Virus genome (UHGV): UHGV-0065581
Length of the DNA stretch: 14,166 bases
Direction: 5' to 3' (one strand)
From: a virus
Position 1 is the stretch's first letter; each line of letters begins with the position of its first letter. A model generated the notes under the pieces. That model did no database searches and was not told the origin of the DNA. It saw only the letters and a list, made by a program, of their open reading frames with translations. This document shows, piece by piece, positions 7,141-14,166 of the stretch. The position numbers were made by a program, and so were the translations under genes.

Positions 7141-8346
7141 ATGACGGTTGATATTAAAGATGTCGAACAGGTCGCGCAGGAGCTGCAGCAGAAGTTTGAC
7201 GACTTCAAAGCAAAGAACGACAAGCGCGTGGATGCGATTGAGCAGGAAAAAGGCAAACTTGCCGGGCAGGTGGAAACCCTGAACGGGAAACTCAGCGAGC
7301 TGGAAAACCTCAAAAGCGATCTTGAAAAAGAGCTGCTTGAGCTGAAACGTCCGGCAGGTGGTGCGCAAAATAAACTGGCCACCGAGCATAAAGAAGCGTT
7401 TGTGGGCTTCCTGCGTAAAGGCCGTGAAGATGGTCTGCGCGATCTGGAGCGCAAGGCATTACAGGTGGGCACCGATGAAGACGGCGGCTATGCCGTGCCG
7501 GAAGCACTGGATCGCAACATTCTCACCCTGCTGAAAGATGAAGTGGTGATGCGCCAGGAAGCCACGGTGATCAGCGTTGGTGGTTCCGACTACAAAAAAC
7601 TGGTGAATCTGGGCGGCACGGCTTCCGGATGGGTTGGCGAGACTGAAGCGCGCTCCCAGACTGCCACCTCAAAACTGGGCCTGATTGAACCGTTCATGGG
7701 GGAAATCTACGGTAACCCGCAGGCCACCCAGAAAATGCTGGATGATGCCTTTTTCAACGTGGAAGCATGGATCAACAGCGAGCTGGCAACCGAATTTGCC
7801 GAACAGGAAGAAATTGCCTTTACCACCGGCGATGGTACCAAGAAGCCGAAAGGGTTCCTGGCGTATGAGTCCACGGATGAAACAGACAAGGTCCGGGCGT
7901 TCGGCAAACTTCAGCATATTGTATCCGGCGAAGCGACGGCGGTGACCGCAGATGCCATTATCAAACTGATTTACACGCTGCGTAAGGCACACCGCACTGG
8001 CGCGAAGTTCATGATGAACAACAACAGTCTGTTTGCCATCCGTCTGCTGAAAGACAGTGAGGGTAACTATCTGTGGCGTCCGGGGCTGGAGCTGGGGCAG
8101 CCGTCCTCTCTGGCGGGTTACGCTATCGCTGAAAACGAACAGATGCCGGATATTGCCGCTGATGCGAAAGCCATTGCATTTGGTAACTTCAAACGAGGTT
8201 ACACCATCGTTGACCGTATCGGTACCCGCATTCTGCGTGACCCGTACACCAATAAACCGTTTGTCGGTTTTTATACCACCAAGCGCACCGGCGGCATGCT
8301 GGTCGATTCGCAGGCCATCAAACTGCTGAAGATTGCAGCGGCGTAA
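7141..8346 (+). CDS. Major capsid protein, HK97 fold, with N-terminal coiled-coil delta (scaffolding) domain
   Basis: 401-aa ORF with AGGAG upstream. The first ~100 aa are highly charged coiled coil (delta domain), followed by a capsid-like body. It follows the protease as in HK97. Confidence 0.9.
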   Translation: MTVDIKDVEQVAQELQQKFDDFKAKNDKRVDAIEQEKGKLAGQVETLNGKLSELENLKSDLEKELLELKRPAGGAQNKLATEHKEAFVGFLRKGREDGLRDLERKALQVGTDEDGGYAVPEALDRNILTLLKDEVVMRQEATVISVGGSDYKKLVNLGGTASGWVGETEARSQTATSKLGLIEPFMGEIYGNPQATQKMLDDAFFNVEAWINSELATEFAEQEEIAFTTGDGTKKPKGFLAYESTDETDKVRAFGKLQHIVSGEATAVTADAIIKLIYTLRKAHRTGAKFMMNNNSLFAIRLLKDSEGNYLWRPGLELGQPSSLAGYAIAENEQMPDIAADAKAIAFGNFKRGYTIVDRIGTRILRDPYTNKPFVGFYTTKRTGGMLVDSQAIKLLKIAAA

Positions 8347-8353
8347 TCATTCA

Positions 8354-8381
8354 GGGGGCGCAGAAGTGCGCCCCCTGTTCT
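8354..8381 (+). terminator. Stem-loop GGGGGCGCA-gaag-TGCGCCCCC followed by a weak T-rich stretch, directly after the capsid gene
   Basis: Perfect 9-bp GC-rich stem with a 4-nt loop, starting 8 nt after the capsid stop codon; followed by TGTTCT. Confidence 0.55.
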
Positions 8382-8397
8382 GACAGGTGAAAGAATC

Positions 8398-8586
8398 ATG
8401 ATCCTGAAACAAGATCTGAAATGGTCACCGGACGGTATGCGTGTTGAGATTATTCGGGCCGGTGAGTATGAAGATAAAGAATTACCCGAACGGGTACGAG
8501 AAATTGCCACTGCAGCTGGGATTGTCTCTGATAAGAGAACACCTGTTGCGCGGGGGGCTGATAAGTCTAAAAAACAGCATTCATAG
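8398..8586 (+). CDS. Hypothetical protein (62 aa) between capsid and head-tail connector genes
   Basis: ATG with AGGTGA upstream; MILKQDLKWSPDGMRVEIIRAGEYEDKELPERVREIATAAGIVSDKRTPVARGADKSKKQHS. It fills the gap between neighbouring genes. No family recognised. Confidence 0.45.
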   Translation: MILKQDLKWSPDGMRVEIIRAGEYEDKELPERVREIATAAGIVSDKRTPVARGADKSKKQHS

Positions 8587-8597
8587 AGGTTGCCCAA

Positions 8598-8903
8598 ATG
8601 ATGCCCACTCTGGAAGAGCTTCGTGTTCAGTGCCGGATTGATGATGACAATGAACAGGAGAATTCTCTTCTTATGATGTATCTGGCTGCTGCCAGGGAAG
8701 AGGCTGAAAAGTTTTTAAACCGGACGCTTTACGATGAAACTGTTTCTGAGCAGGATACGACCGGGCTTGTAATAACACCTCTGATAAAACTGCGTCTTAT
8801 GCAACTGGTTGGCTACTGGTACGAGAACAGGGAAATGCAGGATGCAGTGCCTGATTTTTTCTATACCGGACTGCGGATGTATCGATTTCATCCCGGAACA
8901 TAG
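8598..8903 (+). CDS. Head-tail connector protein (gp6-like)
   Basis: 101 aa starting MMPTLEELRVQCRIDDDNEQENSLL..., the characteristic N-terminus of gp6-like head-tail connector proteins; located after the capsid gene. Confidence 0.75.
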   Translation: MMPTLEELRVQCRIDDDNEQENSLLMMYLAAAREEAEKFLNRTLYDETVSEQDTTGLVITPLIKLRLMQLVGYWYENREMQDAVPDFFYTGLRMYRFHPGT

Positions 8904-8911
8904 GAGGATTC

Positions 8912-9250
8912 ATGCAGGCAGGAAGATTACGTGATCGTGTGGTTATTCTGAATGCCACCACCGTTCGGTCTCCGTCAGGGCACCCTGTGGAAACAATGAC
9001 GGAGGGGGCAACCATATGGGCAGAAGTTAAGGGGATCAGTGGCAGGGAGAGAATATCCGGAGGCGCAGAAACTGCTCAGGCTACAGTGAGGGTCTGGATG
9101 AGATTCCGGCGAGATGTAACAGCAACTTCATGTCTGAAAGTGCTGACTGGTGCATTCAAAGGCGCGATTCTGAGTATAGACGGTCCGCCGATACCGGATG
9201 CTCGTGCCACACGGCTTGAGATACTCTGTTCTCAGAAGGGGAATGTGTGA
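8912..9250 (+). CDS. Head closure / head-tail adaptor protein
   Basis: 112 aa starting MQAGRLRDRVVILNATTV..., typical of head-tail joining proteins; AGGAGG RBS; conserved position. Confidence 0.75.
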   Translation: MQAGRLRDRVVILNATTVRSPSGHPVETMTEGATIWAEVKGISGRERISGGAETAQATVRVWMRFRRDVTATSCLKVLTGAFKGAILSIDGPPIPDARATRLEILCSQKGNV

Positions 9251-9696
9251 TGGATTTCAGTCTTGATTTTTCAGGTCTGGCGGATATTGCACGGGATCTG
9301 GAGACGCTCAGCAGGGCAGAAAACAATAAGGTACTGCGCGATGCCACCCGTGCCGGTGCTGAAGTTATGCGGGATGCAGTTGTTGAACGTGCGCCGGAGC
9401 GAACCGGGAAACTGAAGAAAAATGTGGTTGTTCTCACTCAGCGTTCAAAGCGTCGGGGGGAAATTATCTCGGGTGTCCACATTCGTGGACGGAACCTGCG
9501 AACCGGAAACAGTGATAACAGCATGAAAGCCAGTGATCTCCGAAATGCGTTTTACTGGCGCTTTGTGGAGCTGGGAACGATAAACATGCCCGCGCATCCG
9601 TTCATTCGCCCGGCTTTCGATACGACAGAGGAACTGGCAGCACAGATTGCCATACAGCGAATGAATCAGGCTATTGATGAGGTCTTAAGTAAATGA
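9250..9696 (+). CDS. HK97 gp10-like neck / tail-completion protein
   Basis: About 148 aa; contains FYWRFVELGT...PAHPFIRPAF, which resembles the HK97 gp10 family signature. Its start overlaps the preceding stop (TGATG). Confidence 0.75.
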   Translation: MDFSLDFSGLADIARDLETLSRAENNKVLRDATRAGAEVMRDAVVERAPERTGKLKKNVVVLTQRSKRRGEIISGVHIRGRNLRTGNSDNSMKASDLRNAFYWRFVELGTINMPAHPFIRPAFDTTEELAAQIAIQRMNQAIDEVLSK

Positions 9697-10037
9697 GAGA
9701 GACCACACTGTATTCCCTGCTGTCTCAACTGGCCGGAGGACAGGTTTATCCTTATGTGGTCCCGCTGACGGAGGGAAAGCCTGCGGTATCTCCGCCATGG
9801 CTGGTGTTTTCTGTGGTGTCTGACACTGCGTCTGATGTGCTTGATGGTCAGGCTGAATCCAGAATTACCGTGCAGATCGATGTCTGGGCAACAGTACCTG
9901 ATGACGCAGATGATATCCGTGAGCAGGCGCTTGATGCGGTAAGGCAACTTGCACCCTCCGTTATTTCTAAAACTCAGGGTTATGATCCTGATTCCCGTCT
10001 GAGCAGAGCCACGCTTGAATTTCAGGTAATAGCCTGA
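9693..10037 (+). CDS. Tail terminator / tail-completion protein (DUF3168-like)
   Basis: 114 aa, MRETTLYSLLSQLAGGQVYPYVVPLTEGKPAVSPPWLVFSVVSD...; pattern and position immediately before the major tail gene; ATGA overlap with the upstream gene. Confidence 0.65.
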   Translation: MRETTLYSLLSQLAGGQVYPYVVPLTEGKPAVSPPWLVFSVVSDTASDVLDGQAESRITVQIDVWATVPDDADDIREQALDAVRQLAPSVISKTQGYDPDSRLSRATLEFQVIA

Positions 10038-10057
10038 GGTCGTTAATGATTTTACCC

Positions 10058-10084
10058 ACCCGCCGCTGGCGGGTTTTTTATTTT
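10058..10084 (+). terminator. Intrinsic-terminator-like hairpin ACCCGCC-gct-GGCGGGT followed by TTTTTTATTTT, upstream of the major tail gene
   Basis: GC-rich 6-7 bp stem with a short loop and a long T-tract on the + strand, located between the tail-terminator stop (10035-10037) and the major tail start (10097). Confidence 0.55.
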
Positions 10085-10096
10085 CAGGAGACGAGT

Positions 10097-10801
10097 ATGT
10101 CCTCTAATTTTGAGCGTTCGCAACTGACGAAAATTATGATTTCGTCTGCACCGGTAACAGCAGAAACCCTGGATTCTGCCAGCTATCTTGGCCTGAGCTG
10201 TACAATCAAAGAGGTGCAGTTTACCGCAGGACAAAAGCAGGATATTGATGTCACCACGCTGTGTTCTGTTGAGCAGGAAAATATTAACGGCCTTGGTGCT
10301 GCTTCAGAGATTTCCATGTCAGGCAACTTTTACCTCAATGCTGCCCAGAACGCGTTGCGCAGTGCCTATGACAATGACACCACGTATGGCTTTAAAGTTA
10401 TTTTTCCGTCAGGCAACGGATTTACCTTTATGGCAGAGGTGCGTCAGCATACCTGGTCTGTAGGAACTAATGGTGTTGTGGCTGCAACGTTTTCCCTGCG
10501 CCTGAAAGGTAAACCTGTGCTGACGACAGAGCCGCTGAAAGTGAAGGTCGATTTAAAAAGCACGCTGCGGGTTGCTTCCGGATCGAAACTTGAAATGGCG
10601 GTTGAGGCTGCGGGTGGTGTGCCGCCTTATTCTTATGTCTGGAAGAAAGGTAGTTCTCCTGTTTCCGGACAGACGGCGGCAACATTCAGTAAGGCATCGG
10701 CAGTATCCGGTGATGCGGGTGCATATACCTGCGAGATTTCTGATTCAGCAAGCCCGGTTAACAAAGTGACCTCTACTTCCTGCACTGTTACCGTCAGTTA
10801 A
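10097..10801 (+). CDS. Major tail (tube) protein with C-terminal Ig-like domain
   Basis: ATG at 10097 with AGGAGA upstream; MSSNFERSQLTKIMISSAPVTAETL... The C-terminal ~80 aa (GGVPPYSYVWKKGSSPVSGQTAATFSKASAVSGDAGAYTCEISDSASPVNKVTSTSCTVTVS) has an Ig-like (Big_2-type) pattern, as in the lambda gpV C-terminus. The ORF track starts at 10046, inside the terminator hairpin. Confidence 0.85.
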   Translation: MSSNFERSQLTKIMISSAPVTAETLDSASYLGLSCTIKEVQFTAGQKQDIDVTTLCSVEQENINGLGAASEISMSGNFYLNAAQNALRSAYDNDTTYGFKVIFPSGNGFTFMAEVRQHTWSVGTNGVVAATFSLRLKGKPVLTTEPLKVKVDLKSTLRVASGSKLEMAVEAAGGVPPYSYVWKKGSSPVSGQTAATFSKASAVSGDAGAYTCEISDSASPVNKVTSTSCTVTVS

Positions 10802-11187
10802 TGAGGATAGATGTGATGACTAAAAATATCCGTAATCTGGCACTGGCAACGATGTCGGGGTTTCGTCATAAAACTGTTGATGTGCCTGAATGGGAAGGGG
10901 CAACGGTTGTATTACGGGAACCTTCTGCAGAAGCCTGGTTGCGCTGGCAGGAGATCGTTAAAGCAAAAGATGATGAGACACCGTTATCCGTTGCGGAGCG
11001 CGCCCGCCGAAATCTGGAAGCGGATGTTGAACTGTTCATCGATGTTCTGTGTGATACCGGACTGCAACCTGTATTTTCAGAGGATGATCGTGAACAGGTG
11101 ATTGCCGTGTATGGCCCGGTGCATGCGCGGCTTCTTCGGCAGTCTCTGGAACTGATCAGTGATGCCGGCGAGGTTAAAAAAAAGTAG
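10801..11187 (+). CDS. Tail assembly chaperone (gpG-like), zero-frame product
   Basis: ORF directly after the major tail gene (TAATG overlap), ending EVKKK* at a slippery A-run. Alternative start ATG at 10816. Position and acidic character fit the G chaperone. Confidence 0.75.
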   Translation: MRIDVMTKNIRNLALATMSGFRHKTVDVPEWEGATVVLREPSAEAWLRWQEIVKAKDDETPLSVAERARRNLEADVELFIDVLCDTGLQPVFSEDDREQVIAVYGPVHARLLRQSLELISDAGEVKKK

Positions 11188-11501
11188 CGCTTCCGGGGAT
11201 GCGTTTTCTGATGATGCTGGCGCTCAGGATGGGGCGCACATTGTCAGAGTTACGCCGGGAAATGTCCGCATCAGAAATCATGATGTGGGCAGAATTTGAC
11301 AGGTTCAGCCCGCTGGGGGACGAACGGGCTGATATCCGGGCTGCCCAGATTGTTTCAGCTGTTTACGGTGCGCAGGGGGTGGGAGAAGGAGCAGACAGAA
11401 GGCGTATCAGATCCATTTGCTGGACTGGAAAACGCGCTTTTAATAGTGTCTCAGTGAGTCAACATAACCGCTTCGGCGGTTTTTTTTCGTCCGGAGAATG
11501 A
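10801..11501 (+). CDS. Tail assembly chaperone GT-like fusion, made by programmed -1 ribosomal frameshift at A AAA AAG (11178-11184)
   Basis: The -1 frame carries TAA at 11175-11177, immediately before the slippery heptamer, and is then open to TGA at 11499-11501 (…KKVALPGMRFLMMLALRMGRTLSELRREMSASEIMMWAEFDRFSP...). This is the conserved G/GT arrangement between the major tail and tape measure genes. Confidence 0.7.
11178..11184 (+). promoter_or_regulatory. -1 programmed frameshift slippery heptamer A AAA AAG
   Basis: Canonical X XXY YYZ motif (same heptamer as E. coli dnaX) at the last codons of the G-like ORF, within an 8-A run at 11176-11183. Confidence 0.7.
11466..11487 (+). terminator. 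Terminator-like hairpin AACCGC-ttcg-GCGGTT with a T8 tract, inside the 3' end of the GT extension and 11 nt before the tape measure start
   Basis: 6-bp stem with a UUCG-type tetraloop and a run of eight T, read directly from the sequence. It overlaps codons NRFGGFFSS of the -1 frame. Confidence 0.5.
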
Positions 11502-14166
11502 GTGTGGCGACATTACGTGAACTGATTATTAAAATCTCGGCAAATTCCCGGTCATTCCAGTCAGAGATCTCCCGGGCTTCGCGTATGGGGCAGGATTACT
11601 ACCGTACCATGCAGAACGGAGGCCGGCAGTCCGCTGCTGCATCCCGTGAAATGCGGCGTGCACTGGCAGAAGTGACGGATCAGATAAATACAGCTAAATC
11701 TTCGGCACTGAATATGGCGGGGGCATTTGCCGGAGCTTTTGCTACCGGTCATCTTATTTCTCTCGCCGATGAGTGGAATTCAGTAAATGCCCGTCTGAAG
11801 CAGGCCTCACAGTCCAGTGATGATTTTCAGTCATCACAGCGTGAATTAATGGCGATCAGCCAGAGAACGGGGACGGCGTTTTCTGATAACGCCAGCCTTT
11901 TTGCCCGCTCTGCAGCTTCCATGCGGGAGTATGGCTACAGTTCTGAGGAGGTACTGAAAGTCACCGAGGCGATCTCCACGGGCCTGAAATTATCCGGTGC
12001 CAGTACAGCAGAAGCCAGTTCGGTGATCACGCAGTTCAGTCAGGCACTGGCGCAGGGAGTGCTGCGCGGTGAAGAGTTTAACTCGGTGAATGAGAACGGC
12101 GATCGTGTTATTCGTGCGCTGGCTGCGGGAATGGGTGTTGCCCGTAAGGATCTGAAGGCCATGGCGGATAACGGAAAACTGACCGCCGATAAGGTTGTTC
12201 CTGCACTGATTAGTCAGCTTGGGGCGTTGCGTGATGAATATGCAGCAATGCCTGATACTGTTTCATCCTCTGCAACCAAAGTTGAAAACGCCTTTATGGC
12301 CTGGGTTGGTGGTGCGAACGAGGCAAGCGGAGTGACAAAGACACTCACCGGGGTGTTGAATGGTGTTGCAGACAATATTGATACCGTGGCTGCTGCAGCT
12401 GGCGCACTGGTTGCCGTCGGGGTAGCCCGATATTTTGGCAATATGGCGTCGTCTGCTGGATCTGCAACTGCCGGATTAATTACTGCAGCCAGAAACGAAG
12501 TGGCTCTTGCTGAAGTGCAACTTCGGGGGACACAGATAGCAACCGCCAGGGCGCGTGCGGCGGTTTATCGTGCGCAACAGGCGGTTGTTGCTGCTCGCGG
12601 TACCGAAAGGCAGGCCGCAGCAGAAGCGAAGCTGACAGCTGCCCAGGCGTCACTTACCCGTAATATTGCGGCCAGAACAGCGGCACAGACAACGCTGAAT
12701 ACTGTCACGTCAGTGGGGAGTCGTCTGTTAAGTGGTGCGCTGGGGGTGGTTGGTGGTGTGCCGGGACTCGTCATGCTGGGGGCGACGGCCTGGTACACGA
12801 TGTATCAGAATCAGGAGCAGGCCAGAGAATCTGCACGACAGTATGCCGCAACAATCGACGAAATTCGCCAGAAAACGTCGGCAATGTCGCTTCCTGAAGC
12901 GTCAGATAATGAGGAAAAGACGCGGCAGGCACTTGATGAACAAAACAGGTTAATTGACGAGCAGAAAAGTAAGATTAAATCCTTACAGGAAAAAATTGCT
13001 GGCTATCAGTATGTGCTGGCAAACCCGGGCTGGACAACCGATAACGGTTTTATGATTAACCACATGACGTCGGTAAAAACTGTCACAGAAGGGCTTGCAG
13101 AAGCAACAAATCAACTGGCAGTTGAACAGTCCCGTCTCACACAAATGCAGGGCAAAGCGCAATCCATTCAGGATGTGCTTGCCGGGCTGGAGGAGCGACG
13201 GGTGGCGTTGATCCGTCAACAGGCAGCGGAACAAAACAAAGCGTATCAGTCCCTGTTGATCATGAATGGGCAGCATACCGAGTTTAATCGCCTTCTCGGG
13301 CTCGGTAATGAATTACTTCAGCAGCGACAGGGGCTGGTGAATGTACCGTTACGGCTACCACAGGCAACCCTGGATGATAAACAGCAGACCGCACTGAATA
13401 ACAGCGAGCGCGAACTGGCTCTGTCCCGCCTGAAGGGGGAAGCTCGTGAGCGTGCCCGCCTGGGTTATGCTGCGGATGATCTCGGCTTTGTGGGAGAGGC
13501 GTATCAGACAGCCAGACAGAATTATATCAATAACTCACTGGATGCCTGGCGAAATAATCAGGCAAATAAACCCAAAGCGCATAAAAAGACCGAAGCGGAA
13601 AAAACAGAAGATATTTATAAACGGCTGATTAAACAGCAAAAAGAACAAATAGCACTGGCAGGGCAGAATACTGAACTGGCTAAGATGAAATATCAGGTCA
13701 GTCAGGGCGAATTATCAACCCTGTCAGAAGCGCAGAAAAAAACGCTTTTGCAGAATGCAGCACTCATTGACCAGAAAAAGATTCGTGAGCAGCTTGCTGC
13801 GTATGAGAGCAGTCTGGCGGACAGTAATGCCAGTGCCCGGGCATCTGACGAAGCGCAGTTGCTGGGATATGGTGAAGGCTCACGGATGCGTGAACGACTC
13901 CAGGAAATGTGGAGTATCCGGCAGGCGTTTGAGCAGAAAAATAACGAGCTGCTGAGACAGTATCAGGCCGGAGAAATTGAAGAAGCCCTGTGGAAACAGG
14001 AGAAAGAACTGAATAAAAAATATCTGGAAGAGCGTCTCAGCGATCAGCAGGATTATTATGCAAAGGCTGATGCTTTACGCAGTAACTGGAATGCCGGACT
14101 CCAGGAGGGACTGACGAACTGGGCAGACAGTGCCACCGATTATGCTTCGCAGGCGGCAGATGCTGT
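11498..14166 (+). CDS. Tail tape measure protein, N-terminal ~889 codons; continues beyond the window
   Basis: ATG at 11498 (GGAGA upstream, ATGA overlap with the GT stop) opens a frame that reads MSVALRELIIKISANSRSFQSEISRASRMGQDYYRTMQNGG... The ORF track lists no stop-terminated ORF in this frame to the window end, consistent with an unbroken frame. Ala/Gln-rich helical composition and position after G/GT are typical of tape measure proteins. Confidence 0.85.
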   Translation, partial: MSVATLRELIIKISANSRSFQSEISRASRMGQDYYRTMQNGGRQSAAASREMRRALAEVTDQINTAKSSALNMAGAFAGAFATGHLISLADEWNSVNARLKQASQSSDDFQSSQRELMAISQRTGTAFSDNASLFARSAASMREYGYSSEEVLKVTEAISTGLKLSGASTAEASSVITQFSQALAQGVLRGEEFNSVNENGDRVIRALAAGMGVARKDLKAMADNGKLTADKVVPALISQLGALRDEYAAMPDTVSSSATKVENAFMAWVGGANEASGVTKTLTGVLNGVADNIDTVAAAAGALVAVGVARYFGNMASSAGSATAGLITAARNEVALAEVQLRGTQIATARARAAVYRAQQAVVAARGTERQAAAEAKLTAAQASLTRNIAARTAAQTTLNTVTSVGSRLLSGALGVVGGVPGLVMLGATAWYTMYQNQEQARESARQYAATIDEIRQKTSAMSLPEASDNEEKTRQALDEQNRLIDEQKSKIKSLQEKIAGYQYVLANPGWTTDNGFMINHMTSVKTVTEGLAEATNQLAVEQSRLTQMQGKAQSIQDVLAGLEERRVALIRQQAAEQNKAYQSLLIMNGQHTEFNRLLGLGNELLQQRQGLVNVPLRLPQATLDDKQQTALNNSERELALSRLKGEARERARLGYAADDLGFVGEAYQTARQNYINNSLDAWRNNQANKPKAHKKTEAEKTEDIYKRLIKQQKEQIALAGQNTELAKMKYQVSQGELSTLSEAQKKTLLQNAALIDQKKIREQLAAYESSLADSNASARASDEAQLLGYGEGSRMRERLQEMWSIRQAFEQKNNELLRQYQAGEIEEALWKQEKELNKKYLEERLSDQQDYYAKADALRSNWNAGLQEGLTNWADSATDYASQAADA

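Noticed and set aside
7038-7472. 144-aa and 88-aa minus-strand ORFs overlapping the capsid delta domain
   Set aside because: Ser/Arg-rich low-complexity translation antisense to the capsid coiled-coil region; artefact of a repetitive charged-codon region.
8441-8641. 66-aa ORF overlapping the 62-aa hypothetical gene and the connector start in another frame
   Set aside because: Overlaps the start of the connector gene; the 8398 frame has the better RBS and fits the gap.
10877-11101. 74-aa ORF in an alternative frame inside the G chaperone gene
   Set aside because: Fully embedded within the G-like gene with no RBS; the frameshift extension that matters is the -1 frame beginning at 11178.
12214-13276. 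Several 70-100 aa ORFs in alternative frames or on the minus strand within the tape measure gene
   Set aside because: Embedded in a long Ala/Gln-rich coding region that generates open alternative frames; Ala/Thr/Pro-rich translations with no RBS.
1-14166. CRISPR arrays, insertion sequences, integrase or att sites, and known defence-system genes
   Set aside because: No regularly spaced direct repeats, no transposase- or integrase-like ORF and no recognisable defence domains were seen; the window is structural and lysis genes throughout.

Overview
This window reads as the late region of a lambdoid (siphovirus-type) prophage from an Enterobacteriaceae host, almost all on the + strand. From left to right it holds the 3' part of a lysis cassette, an HK97-style packaging and head module, head-tail joining genes, and the start of a lambda-like tail module. 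The lysis cassette is: pinholin C-terminus, a frameshifted YdfR-like gene, SAR endolysin, Rz with embedded Rz1, and bor on the opposite strand. The packaging/head module is: HNH endonuclease, P27-family small terminase, large terminase, portal, prohead protease and major capsid protein. The tail module is: major tail protein with a C-terminal Ig-like domain, a G/GT chaperone with a -1 frameshift site, and a tape measure gene that runs off the right edge. All protein-family calls come from motif recognition and memory of lambda, phage 21, HK97 and E. coli K-12 prophage proteins; no database search was possible. I found no rRNA, tRNA, CRISPR array, transposase or recognisable defence system. The stretches not explained by standard phage genes are small: a frameshifted accessory gene between holin and endolysin; a 525-bp AT-rich non-coding pocket between bor and the HNH gene with a 40-codon ORF and a perfect 20-bp palindrome; a frame-split hydrophobic micro-ORF between terminase and portal; and three terminator-like hairpins at odd positions in the late operon. 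Long antisense ORFs inside the structural genes are treated as artefacts.
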